This document shows, in pieces, positions 7,919-16,462 of a DNA stretch of 64,000 nucleotides; position 1 is the stretch's first letter; every line of letters starts with the position of its first letter. This stretch comes from Patescibacteria group bacterium. GTDB taxonomy: Bacteria > Patescibacteriota > Patescibacteriia > UBA9934 > GWF2-40-263. Below the pieces are notes generated by a model. That model was not told where the DNA came from and did not search any database. It was given only the letters and a program-made list of their open reading frames with translations. The position numbers and the translations under genes are program-made. The stretch covers positions 400 through 64,399 of the forward strand of contig SCUM01000001.1 of the NCBI GenBank assembly GCA_004297215.1, read 5' to 3'.

Positions 7919-9076
7919 TCACGTCGCTTCCTGCCACGTGCGCTCGGCGAGCGCGGCTTCGTACAGGTAGCCAGTGGTGTCCGCGATGTCGCCCCAGTCA
8001 TAGGAACGGGCCACGTACACGCGGGCCTCGCGACCGATCATACGCGCCTCATCGGGGTGCGTGAGGATCCATTCGAGCTTGATGGCGAGATCGCGCGCAT
8101 CGGCACGGCGGAAGACGAGACCGTGCTCCTCGGTGAGCTCGCGGTTTTCCGGGATGTCCGAGGAGAGCACCGCCTTGCCATGCGACATGGCTTCCAGGAT
8201 CGCGAGCGGGAGCCCTTCGGAATCCGACGGATGGACGTTCGCGGCCGCATGGGCGAACAGGGTGGAAAGCTCAATGCCAGAGCGGGGCCCGGTGAGCACG
8301 ATGGAATCATCGTCCTCGCACGAGGCGCGCAGTTCGTCCACATAGCCGTCGGTGAACGCTCCGCCGCCGACGATGGCCAGCTTCCAACCCATCACGATGT
8401 CCGGGCGGCGCTCACGCAGGGCCTTCCAGGCCTCGACGAGCAGGTGGGCTCCCTTGTGGCGCACGAGGCGGGCGCAGAACATGAGGTACTTGCCCGGCAC
8501 GAGATCGAAGGCTTCGAGGAGGGAAACGTCCGTCCATTCCGGAGCGCGGGCGCCGTTTGGCACATACACCGTGTCGGCCGAGTAGGAGAGGCGGCAGTAG
8601 GACTGCAGCGTCTTCGACACCGCGATGGTGGCATCCGGCGCGTAGCAGGACATCCACTCGCCAAGGTGCAGCGCCATGCGGGCGATCAGGTTCCATTTCT
8701 GATGGTGGCGGTCGATGCAGTGGAAGGTGACAAGCACCGCGGCGCGCGGACGCAGGAGCTTGGGGAGCCAGGAAAGAAGGGCCGGGCCGACGCCGTGGAT
8801 GTGGAACACGTCCGCATCCTCGCGCGCGGCGCGCACGATGGCGAGGAAGGCGTGCGTGATGGCGTCCAGGTGCTTGGTGCGGATGGACGGCACGGTGAGA
8901 CAGCGCACGCCGCGATGGGCATACTCACGCTCCTTGCGCCCGGTGTACCAGGAACGGCAAAACACGAGCACCTCGTGCCCGCGCGCGGCGAGCTCAACCG
9001 AGAGCTCTTCCACGTGGCGCTCAATCCCGCCGGAGACGGCGGGAACGCCCTTTTGTCCGATCATCGCGATTTTCAT
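7919..9076 (-). CDS. Glycosyltransferase family 4
   Basis: MKIAMIGQKGVPAVSGGIERHVEELS...EGLPLAILEAMSHGKAVLSSD. Start taken at the internal Met (9076); an in-frame alternative exists at 9115. Confidence 0.8.
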   Translation of the reverse strand: MKIAMIGQKGVPAVSGGIERHVEELSVELAARGHEVLVFCRSWYTGRKEREYAHRGVRCLTVPSIRTKHLDAITHAFLAIVRAAREDADVFHIHGVGPALLSWLPKLLRPRAAVLVTFHCIDRHHQKWNLIARMALHLGEWMSCYAPDATIAVSKTLQSYCRLSYSADTVYVPNGARAPEWTDVSLLEAFDLVPGKYLMFCARLVRHKGAHLLVEAWKALRERRPDIVMGWKLAIVGGGAFTDGYVDELRASCEDDDSIVLTGPRSGIELSTLFAHAAANVHPSDSEGLPLAILEAMSHGKAVLSSDIPENRELTEEHGLVFRRADARDLAIKLEWILTHPDEARMIGREARVYVARSYDWGDIADTTGYLYEAALAERTWQEAT

Positions 9077-9173
9077 ACGACGCGCAACTATAGCAAAAAA
9101 CCCCTGTTTCGTCAACCCCGACGCTTCGGTCGGGACAGGGGGTTTTCGCCCGTGAAAAACAGGGGGATTTCTG

Positions 9174-9476
9174 CTATGATTTTGAGGCGCCTTCCCCCTC
9201 TTCCAGCAGGGTTTTCGGGTTCGGGGAGTACAGCTTATTGCGGATTTTCCAGTGGTCCACGTATTGGCCTATGCCGGCGCGGTCCCGCTTGTTGCGAACG
9301 GTGGTGGTTTGCTGGCTCCATTTGAGCAGGGATTCGAAATTGATCTTGTAGCGCCCCTGCACCACGACATAGGTGATTTGCCCGTCGGAAATGGCGCGCC
9401 GGATGGTGCGCTGATGCACCCCGAACAGCCTGGCCGCTTCGGAAACGGAGACGCGGATGATGGAAGCGAGAGGCAT
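9174..9476 (-). CDS. Small HTH DNA-binding protein (excisionase / MerR-like helix-turn-helix)
   Basis: SVSEAARLFGVHQRTIRRAISDGQI is a classic HTH. The upstream in-frame extension is a translation of repeat DNA, so the start was taken at MPLASII. The gene GC is lower than its surroundings. Confidence 0.5.
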   Translation of the reverse strand: MPLASIIRVSVSEAARLFGVHQRTIRRAISDGQITYVVVQGRYKINFESLLKWSQQTTTVRNKRDRAGIGQYVDHWKIRNKLYSPNPKTLLEEGEGASKS

Positions 9477-9485
9477 AAGAATCGG

Positions 9486-9567
9486 GAGGCGATAAGGCCT
9501 CAGGCGTAAAGGCATTAAGGCGTTAAGGGTTTTCCCTCAAGCCTTCTTGCCTAAGGCCTTATCGCCC
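9486..9567. repeat. GGCCT-family element: an inverted pair aggcgataaggcctcagg ... cctaaggccttatcgcc separated by about 45 bp (stem-loop / MITE-like)
   Basis: Direct reverse-complement arms, followed by an AT-rich promoter-like stretch upstream of the ECF sigma gene. Confidence 0.6.
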
Positions 9568-9700
9568 GTGCATTTATACAATATTGTAGACAAACATGCC
9601 TATTTTCGTCAACGTGACCCTAAACTATTGAATAAATACGGTTTTTAGGCTATCGTAAGCCGTTCCTGTAACGATTCATGTAACCGACAAGACAGTAATT

Positions 9701-10252
9701 GTGAGTAGCTTGCGAGAACAATTTCTCCTGCATCGGATCAGGGCCTTCAAGGATCAAAGGGCCTTTGGGGAATTGGTCGTGAGTTATCGTTCCACCTCAT
9801 ACCGATATCTCCGTTCCAAGCTCCCCATGGAGCAGGACGCAGAGGATGCGCTAAACACCACGTTGCTCCGGGCGTGGAATTACTTCACGCGTGCGGAACA
9901 TGTGGAGAGCGTGGGCGGCCTCATCTTCACGGTCGCTCGCGGGGTCGTGTCGGAGTTCTATCGACACCGCGTCCCGAACGTCTCGATCGAGTCCATGCAG
10001 GAAGCGGGGATGGACATCGCGGCTGAGCGCTCCGGAGACCGATCCATGACCCAGTCTGCGGACGTGGAGCTGGCGAAGGAGCTGCTCGACCAGCTCGAAG
10101 GGGAGGATCGCCTGATCATCCTCATGCGGCACTTCGAAGGACGCTCCCTGGGCGATATCGCTAAACGTATCGGAAAGAGCGACGGCGCCACGCGCGTCGC
10201 CCTCCACCGGGCCATGAAGAAGCTACGTACTCTCTTTACGCCACGCGCATGA
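9701..10252 (+). CDS. ECF-type RNA polymerase sigma factor (sigma-70 regions 2 and 4)
   Basis: Region 4 is LEGEDRLIILMRHFEGRSLGDIAKRIGKSDGATRVALHRAMKKLR. GTG start. The stop overlaps the next ATG (ATGA). Confidence 0.8.
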   Translation: MSSLREQFLLHRIRAFKDQRAFGELVVSYRSTSYRYLRSKLPMEQDAEDALNTTLLRAWNYFTRAEHVESVGGLIFTVARGVVSEFYRHRVPNVSIESMQEAGMDIAAERSGDRSMTQSADVELAKELLDQLEGEDRLIILMRHFEGRSLGDIAKRIGKSDGATRVALHRAMKKLRTLFTPRA

Positions 10253-11307
10253 CCGAGAAGGACATCGTCAATCTGCTTCATCGAGTAAAAGACGCGCCCG
10301 AACTCGGGGGCGGTTTTGACGATGCGCGCGCCGAGCGGTGCATGAACCGTTTCTGGAACGAGCTCGGCGTCGAGGCTCCGAAGCCGGTTCCCTATGGGCT
10401 GCGCGAATACGCGGATTATGCCCTGTTCGTCCTGTCACATGCCGTCGCGCGTCCGCTCGCCGTCGGTACCTCGGTGTTCGCCCTCATCTTCGGCGGCTGG
10501 GTCACCACGGTGAACGCAAGTTTCTCCAGCCTTCCAGGCGACGTGCTCTACCCAGTGAAGCTTGCCACGGAGCGCATGCAGCTCACGCTCGCAAGCTCCG
10601 GCGTGCGCCGCGCCCGCCTGCATGCGGACTTCGCCTCTCGACGCTTGCAGGAGGTCGGGGAATTGTCCGTCTCCTCCCGCCCGGGCCGCGAGGCCCAGCT
10701 CAAGGCCGCGGTGGAGGGGTTCACCCAGGAGATGGTGTCGGCCAAGGAGCAGCTTGATGCGGTGGGGATCGACAGCCCGTCGGAGGCCGTGGACCTCGCC
10801 CTGGTGCTCGACCAAAAGGCCGATGAGTACCAGGCGCTGCTCACCCAAGGATCTTCCGGAGAGCCGTCGGTCATGCAAGAGGTGGCCGATGCCCAGGCCG
10901 CGGTCGATCAGGTCAATTCCACGGCGGTCGAGACGCTCGTCAACGCGCAAGAGCAGAACGGGGGCGACCCGCGCGTCATCGAAAGGAATTTCCAGTCCCA
11001 GCTCACCTCCGTGCGCAGCCTCATCGCGCTCTCCACGGCGCGGCTCACGGCCATCAAGGAAGCCATCTCCAAGGCCGACGCGCTCGATGCCGATCGCGGG
11101 AGCCGCATCGCGCAGGCGCGCCAGGCGGTCACGAGCCAGGAAAAGCCCATCAGCGAGGCGACCAACGCGTTCGCCGTGGGTGGGTACCGCCGCGCGTTCG
11201 AGGCGCTCGATGCGGTCGAACAGGCGATAGACGGCGTGCAGCCCACCATCCTCGAGCTCGAGCTCTCACTCACGGCTCCCGCACCTGAATCGCCACCCAA
11301 TTTCTAG
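10249..11307 (+). CDS. Putative anti-sigma factor / single-pass membrane protein with an extracytoplasmic coiled-coil domain (DUF5667-like)
   Basis: Translationally coupled to the sigma gene. Cytoplasmic N-terminus, one TM helix (PLAVGTSVFALIFGGWVTTV), then a Gln/Ala-rich helical domain. Confidence 0.4.
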   Translation: MTEKDIVNLLHRVKDAPELGGGFDDARAERCMNRFWNELGVEAPKPVPYGLREYADYALFVLSHAVARPLAVGTSVFALIFGGWVTTVNASFSSLPGDVLYPVKLATERMQLTLASSGVRRARLHADFASRRLQEVGELSVSSRPGREAQLKAAVEGFTQEMVSAKEQLDAVGIDSPSEAVDLALVLDQKADEYQALLTQGSSGEPSVMQEVADAQAAVDQVNSTAVETLVNAQEQNGGDPRVIERNFQSQLTSVRSLIALSTARLTAIKEAISKADALDADRGSRIAQARQAVTSQEKPISEATNAFAVGGYRRAFEALDAVEQAIDGVQPTILELELSLTAPAPESPPNF

Positions 11308-11520
11308 GTCGCTCCGGTCCCGACCGTTGGTCGGGGCCCCGCACCTCTTCCTGTAGGGACAGGGAAGGGTGCGGGGTAGAGAGCCCCGGTCTCTCGCAAT
11401 CCGGACAGATGCCCAAGGTCGAGGTTCCCACAAGGAGCCGCATCCGTTCCAACCTCCAGGCGCGCTAGCGCCGGAGAACACAAAGGTTCGCCCGGCCAAA
11501 AGCCGGGTAAAAATCACGTT
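11308..11520 (+). promoter_or_regulatory. 212-nt structured non-coding leader with at least three GC-rich hairpins ahead of the giant secreted-protein gene
   Basis: Hairpins cccgacc-gtt-ggtcggg, ccgcacctcttcctgt-agg-gacagggaagggtgcgg and cccggc-caaaa-gccggg. Confidence 0.35.
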
Positions 11521-14500
11521 ATGACCCACTCATTGCGCATTGGGAAGCGCGCCCTCACGATCGCGGTCGCTGCCATGACCATCGCTTGGTCCATCGGCAT
11601 TTCCGCGTTCGTGGCCCCGATGACGGCTCGCGCGGCCTCGGCCGGCGACCTCATCAAGGGAACGACCCTTTCGACGCTGTATTACCTCGCGTCGGACGGC
11701 GCCCGTTACGCCTTCCCCAACGAAAAGACCTACATGACCTGGTTCTCGGATTTCTCCGGGGTCCAGACCTTGTCTGACAGCGCTCTCGCTGCGATCCCGC
11801 TCGCCGGGAACGTGGTGTACCGCCCGGGCTCCCGCTGGATCAAGATCCAGTCGGACAACAAGACCTACGCCGTCACCCCGCAGGGTCAGATCCGCTGGAT
11901 CGAGACCGAGCCGGTGGCCGTGGCTCTGGCCGGCGCCAACTGGAACACGTTCATCGACGACGTTGCGGACGTGTTCTTCGTGGACTACTCGGTGGGCGCC
12001 TCGCTCGCGTCGGCCAGCAATGGCTACAACGGCATGGTGCTTTCGAGCGGCGGCAACAACTACCTGCTCTGGAACAACCAGAAGCGGATGGTCACCAGCG
12101 CCGGCTTCTCCGGCAACCGCATGCAGTCGCGTTTCGTGCTCTCGGGTTCCGGCGTCAATCTGGCCGGCATCACCGCGGGCGCTGACGTTTCTGGTGCGGA
12201 GGCAGTGCTGCGCGACGTGGCCCAGCTGGGCGGCGGCGTGACGGGCGGCCTCTCGGTCTCCCTCGCTTCCGACACCCCGGCTTCCGCCACGGTGCCGTCG
12301 CTTGCCTCGTCCGTGGGCTTCACCAAGCTCAAGCTCCTGGCGAACGCGGGTTCGGTCACGATCAACCAGATCGTGCTTACCCTGGGCGGCGTGGGCGCGG
12401 TCGGCAACCTCGACCAGGTGTACCTCTACAAGGGTGACACCCGCCTCACGGACGGCCGCTCGATCAATTCGAGCACCCGCAAGGCGACCTTCTCCGGCCT
12501 CAACCTCTCGTTGGCCGCCGGCGAAATGATCTACCTCTCCGCTCGCGCCGACATCGGCGCCGGCGCGGCCGGCGACACGGCCAGCCTGGGCATCGCTTCT
12601 TCGAGCGACGTCTCCGGCACGGCCACGGTCTCCGGCAACTTCCCGGTGATGGGCAACCTCATGACCTTCTCCACCACGGAGGCGGGTGCGGTGACCATCA
12701 CGAAGAACGGGACGATCGCCAGCCCCACCATCGGCCAGGACGGCGCGACCATCGCGAAGTTCACGGTGGAGGCGGATGGCGAGGATGCCAGCCTCAAGCA
12801 GATCACGCTCAACGTCGACGACTCGGCCGATCACAGCAACTACAAGCTGTGGAAGGGGGCGACCCTGCTCGGCACCGGGACGGTCAGCGGCGAGCTCGTG
12901 ACCTTCGTGCTCACCAACCCGCTCCTCGTGGAGGACGGTGACAGCGAGAACCTGGAGCTCTCCGCCGACATCGGCGGCGAGGCCGGGGACGAGGTCAAGG
13001 TGGCGATCGAGGAAGAGGCGGACGTCCTCGCCGTGGGCGGAGACTTCCTCTTCAACCTGTCCGCGGACATCACGGATTACGACGAGACCGGTTCCCTCTG
13101 CGTGGACGGGACCGACGAGTGCTCGTTCTCCGAGGTGCAAGGCGGCCAGCTCACCTTCGCCTTCAACGGCCCGTCCTCCGACGACATCCAGATCGACGGC
13201 AAGGACCAGGTGCTCATGAAGTTCTCGATCACGGCCGAAGAGTTGGCCGAGATCCAGGAGTTCGAAGTCGACGTGGCGTGCACCAACAGCGCGGCACTTG
13301 ACTGTGACGCGGACAACGCGGACGACGCCGGCGACGACGACGGCGAAGACGATGTGGACGACGGCGGCCTCCTCAACGAGGACGACGACGCCAACCTCCA
13401 GGACATCACCGTCCGCCTCGCCTCCGGCGCGGCCTGGATGGGTCCGGAAGAGTTGAGTGCCGTGGGCGCCGACGACACCCAGACCCTCACCTTCGATGAC
13501 GACCAGACCGTCAACGCGGGCCAGACGCTCGACCTCATGATCACCGCTGACCTCGAGAACGAGGACGGCATCGAAGGCGAGTCCTTCAGCGTCACCATCG
13601 ACATGACCACGGTGATCGCCGAGGACGCCAACGGCGACGATCTCGCTGATAGCGACATCGTCCCGGGCGCGCTGCTCGTGGGCAACGACTTCACGGCTAC
13701 CGACGCGTCGCTCGACGTGGAGGTGGCACAACCGCCCACCAGCGGCACCTTCGTGAAGGGCACCAGCGGCGTGGCAATGGTCGGCTTCAACTTCCAAGCC
13801 GGCGACGCCTCCGACGTGACGGTGACCGACCTTGACCTCAACATCAACGGGGACTCCGATGGCGCGTTCGACGACGACGACGACATCAACGTCTCCGACC
13901 AGATCAGCTCCTGCTCGCTCTATGACAGCGAGTCCGGCGCACTGGTGGACGGTCCGGAATCCATCGAGACGACCGCGGTGGCCACTCCGTTCGACAGCGT
14001 CATCCTGTTCGAGAACTTCGACTGGACGGTGGCTGCGGGCGAGACGGCCAAGCTCATCGCCAAGTGCAACCTGGCCAACGTGGACCAGGTGGGCGCCGGC
14101 GATGACGACTACAACCTCTTCATCGACGCGGCCGCGGACATCCAGGCCGAAGATGAGGACGGCGACGACGTGGTTGCCACCCTCGTGGACGGCAACGAAG
14201 GCGCCGGCGCCGACACGGTGATCTCGGTCATCGACAGCGGCTCCATCACCGTCACGCTCGACGGCGGTACGGCCAACTCGACGATCATCCTTGGCTCGGC
14301 CACGGGGGTCTCGATGTCCAAGTTCAAGTTCGACGCTTCGGACGAGGCCTTCATCGTGAAGGAGCTCACCCTCGACAACTGCGTCGACGCGTCCGACGGC
14401 GACGACACCTGCGGTGACGACGTCGGAGCCGCCGGTTCCGACGACATCGCCGCGACGGTGAAGCTCAGCTACCAGAACCAGGCGGGGACCACGGTCAGCA

Positions 14501-15399
14501 AGACCGGCTTCCTCTCTGGCGGCAGCGCGAACTTCTCCGGCCTCGACTTCTACGTGCCGGTGGATTCCACCCGCGTGCTCTCCGTGATCATCGACACCAA
14601 CGGGGTGTCTTCCACGGGTGCGACCTCGGGTGACCTGATCCAGCTCAACCTGGACGCCACCGACGAGGACGACACGGACAACGACTTCGAAGCGGTCGGC
14701 GCCGGTTCCGGCGAGACGATCACCGAAGCCGATGTCGCGACCTACGTCCCGGCCAACGACATGACGGTGCGCAAGACCAAGCCGACCATCAGCCTCGCCT
14801 CTGGCAGCCCGTCGGGCTCCAGCACGCCTGGCCTCTCGGAGGTCTTCCGCTTCACCGTGGCGGCCGATTCCCGCGGCTCCGTGACCCTCGACGAGGTGGC
14901 GTTCAAGATCACCACGTTCGATGGGACGGGCAGCGGCTGGGCCGACTGCGGCACCATCGGCGATGAGACCCTGTTCGAGTTCTACGACATGGACGACTCG
15001 AGCGAGAAGCTCGACGACGACCTCGGCGAGGACGGCGCGAGCCTTGTCGGCGACTGGACCTTCGCGGAGGCGGACGGCGCTGCGGGATGTACCCTTGGTA
15101 CGGATCCGCTGGCCTACGCCTTCCTCGACATGGAGAGCGACACGACGCATCCGGCCGAGGAAATCAGTGCTGGCGACATCAAGACGTACGTCTTGAAGAT
15201 CGACACCACTGGCGCGGTGGCAGACGATTCGATCCGCGTGGACATCCCGGACCAGTCCGAGGGTGACACTGTGGGCTTCTCTGCCATCGTCTGGGACGAT
15301 GAAGAGTCCGACCTCACGCCCACCACGGGCGCTGACGAGGACATCGACGGGACTCGCGTGAAGAACCTGTCGGTCACCGGCGGCACGCTCGTCTACTAA
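11521..15399 (+). CDS. Giant (1292 aa) secreted acidic repeat protein, likely cell-surface / S-layer-like
   Basis: Signal peptide ...AFVAPMTARA-AS. A globular N-terminal domain is followed by long beta-rich repeats with poly-Asp/Glu tracts. No sortase motif is present. Confidence 0.6.
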   Translation: MTHSLRIGKRALTIAVAAMTIAWSIGISAFVAPMTARAASAGDLIKGTTLSTLYYLASDGARYAFPNEKTYMTWFSDFSGVQTLSDSALAAIPLAGNVVYRPGSRWIKIQSDNKTYAVTPQGQIRWIETEPVAVALAGANWNTFIDDVADVFFVDYSVGASLASASNGYNGMVLSSGGNNYLLWNNQKRMVTSAGFSGNRMQSRFVLSGSGVNLAGITAGADVSGAEAVLRDVAQLGGGVTGGLSVSLASDTPASATVPSLASSVGFTKLKLLANAGSVTINQIVLTLGGVGAVGNLDQVYLYKGDTRLTDGRSINSSTRKATFSGLNLSLAAGEMIYLSARADIGAGAAGDTASLGIASSSDVSGTATVSGNFPVMGNLMTFSTTEAGAVTITKNGTIASPTIGQDGATIAKFTVEADGEDASLKQITLNVDDSADHSNYKLWKGATLLGTGTVSGELVTFVLTNPLLVEDGDSENLELSADIGGEAGDEVKVAIEEEADVLAVGGDFLFNLSADITDYDETGSLCVDGTDECSFSEVQGGQLTFAFNGPSSDDIQIDGKDQVLMKFSITAEELAEIQEFEVDVACTNSAALDCDADNADDAGDDDGEDDVDDGGLLNEDDDANLQDITVRLASGAAWMGPEELSAVGADDTQTLTFDDDQTVNAGQTLDLMITADLENEDGIEGESFSVTIDMTTVIAEDANGDDLADSDIVPGALLVGNDFTATDASLDVEVAQPPTSGTFVKGTSGVAMVGFNFQAGDASDVTVTDLDLNINGDSDGAFDDDDDINVSDQISSCSLYDSESGALVDGPESIETTAVATPFDSVILFENFDWTVAAGETAKLIAKCNLANVDQVGAGDDDYNLFIDAAADIQAEDEDGDDVVATLVDGNEGAGADTVISVIDSGSITVTLDGGTANSTIILGSATGVSMSKFKFDASDEAFIVKELTLDNCVDASDGDDTCGDDVGAAGSDDIAATVKLSYQNQAGTTVSKTGFLSGGSANFSGLDFYVPVDSTRVLSVIIDTNGVSSTGATSGDLIQLNLDATDEDDTDNDFEAVGAGSGETITEADVATYVPANDMTVRKTKPTISLASGSPSGSSTPGLSEVFRFTVAADSRGSVTLDEVAFKITTFDGTGSGWADCGTIGDETLFEFYDMDDSSEKLDDDLGEDGASLVGDWTFAEADGAAGCTLGTDPLAYAFLDMESDTTHPAEEISAGDIKTYVLKIDTTGAVADDSIRVDIPDQSEGDTVGFSAIVWDDEESDLTPTTGADEDIDGTRVKNLSVTGGTLVY

Positions 15400-15456
15400 C
15401 CTCCGGGTTAGCTGACCTGCGCGCGGAAGGGGTAACTCCCTGAAACGCCAAGCAAA

Positions 15457-15490
15457 CCCCGCCTCGAGAGAGGCGGGGTTTTGCGTTTCG
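15457..15490 (+). terminator. Rho-independent terminator (aaccccgcctc-gagaga-gaggcggggtt, then ttgcgtttc)
   Basis: Perfect 11-bp stem; a second hairpin follows at 15508-15535. Confidence 0.7.
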
Positions 15491-15584
15491 GACCGCGCGA
15501 CCTCACCCATGCCCTCTCCTTCGTAAGGAGAGGGGTAGCGGGCTTCTGGACGAGTCTCATTCTTTTCGCTATCCTGCCCCCACT

Positions 15585-16271
15585 ATGCCCCTGCGTCCCA
15601 AACAGCTTCTCGTGATCGTTTCTGCCGCCGTCGTCGTGATCGTGGGCGGGCTTTGGGCGGGGAAGAGCTGGCGCGCGACGCATCCGGCCGCTCCGGCGCT
15701 CCTGGAGCTGGTGGACCGCGGGATCGACGCGGAGAACATGGCCAAGTTTGAGGAGCGCATCGCGGCCCAGGAGGCGGCGGTGGCCGAAGGGGAACGCGAC
15801 ATAAGCGAGCTCCTGGTGTTGGGGAACCTGTATTATTCCGTGGGCGATCTTAAGAAGGCCGCCGCCGCGTACCGTGACATCCTTTCGTCAAACCCCAACG
15901 ACTCGGCGGCGCACGAGAACCTGGCCCAGGCGCTCATCGAGATGGGGGATTACGCGGGAGCGGAGGCGCAGTTGCGCGCGGCGGCCGACGTGAGCGCGTA
16001 CGAGCCCACCTATCTCAAGCTCGCGGACCTCATCGACGAGCATTTCCCGGCGCGCCGGGCGGAGATACAGGTCATCCTCGAAGCGGCCATCGGCAACCTG
16101 GGGCAGACCCCCGGCCTGCTCACCCGCCTGGGCAAGTGGTACGCCGACAACGGCATGCTCAAGGAGGCGATTTCCCACTACGAAGTGGCGCGCCAGCTGG
16201 CCCCCGACGACCAGGCCATCCAGGCGGAAATCGAACGGCTAGAGGCCGAACAACGAAAAAAGGCCAAATGA
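15585..16271 (+). CDS. Membrane-anchored TPR-repeat protein
   Basis: N-terminal TM helix and TPR-like helical repeats (LGNLYYSVGDLKKAAAAYRDILSSNPND...). Confidence 0.6.
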   Translation: MPLRPKQLLVIVSAAVVVIVGGLWAGKSWRATHPAAPALLELVDRGIDAENMAKFEERIAAQEAAVAEGERDISELLVLGNLYYSVGDLKKAAAAYRDILSSNPNDSAAHENLAQALIEMGDYAGAEAQLRAAADVSAYEPTYLKLADLIDEHFPARRAEIQVILEAAIGNLGQTPGLLTRLGKWYADNGMLKEAISHYEVARQLAPDDQAIQAEIERLEAEQRKKAK

Positions 16272-16278
16272 CGCGCCC

Positions 16279-16425
16279 GCAGAGGGCGCGTCATCCTGAA
16301 GGCCATCAGGCCTGAAGGATCTCATGAGCAGAGGGCGCGTCATCCTGAAGGCCATCAGGCCTGAAGGATCTCATGAGCAGAGGGCGCGTCATCCTGAAGG
16401 CCATCAGGCCTGAAGGATCTCGTGT
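16279..16425 (+). repeat. Three tandem direct repeats of a 49-bp unit (gcagagggcgcgtcatcctgaaggccatcaggcctgaaggatctcatga)
   Basis: Units at 16279-16327, 16328-16376 and 16377-16425. Copies 1 and 2 are identical; copy 3 diverges over its last 6 nt. Confidence 0.85.
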
Positions 16426-16426
16426 T

Positions 16427-16462
16427 ACAATAGGCGCCTATGCGGCGCCTATTGTTTTTTCT
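16427..16462 (+). promoter_or_regulatory. Perfect hairpin caataggcgcc-tatgc-ggcgcctattg followed by T6; it contains the subtilase start codon
   Basis: 11-bp perfect stem whose loop contains the ATG (16440). Terminator-like, or a translational control structure. Confidence 0.45.

Noticed and set aside
11530-15510. 1326-aa minus-strand ORF antisense to the giant secreted-protein gene
   Set aside because: Same GC-driven artefact. The sense strand has a signal peptide and a repeat architecture, and the minus ORF spans the terminator hairpin.
16279-16425. Possible CRISPR array
   Set aside because: Only three directly abutting 49-bp units with no unique spacers between them, and no cas genes. It is a plain tandem repeat.
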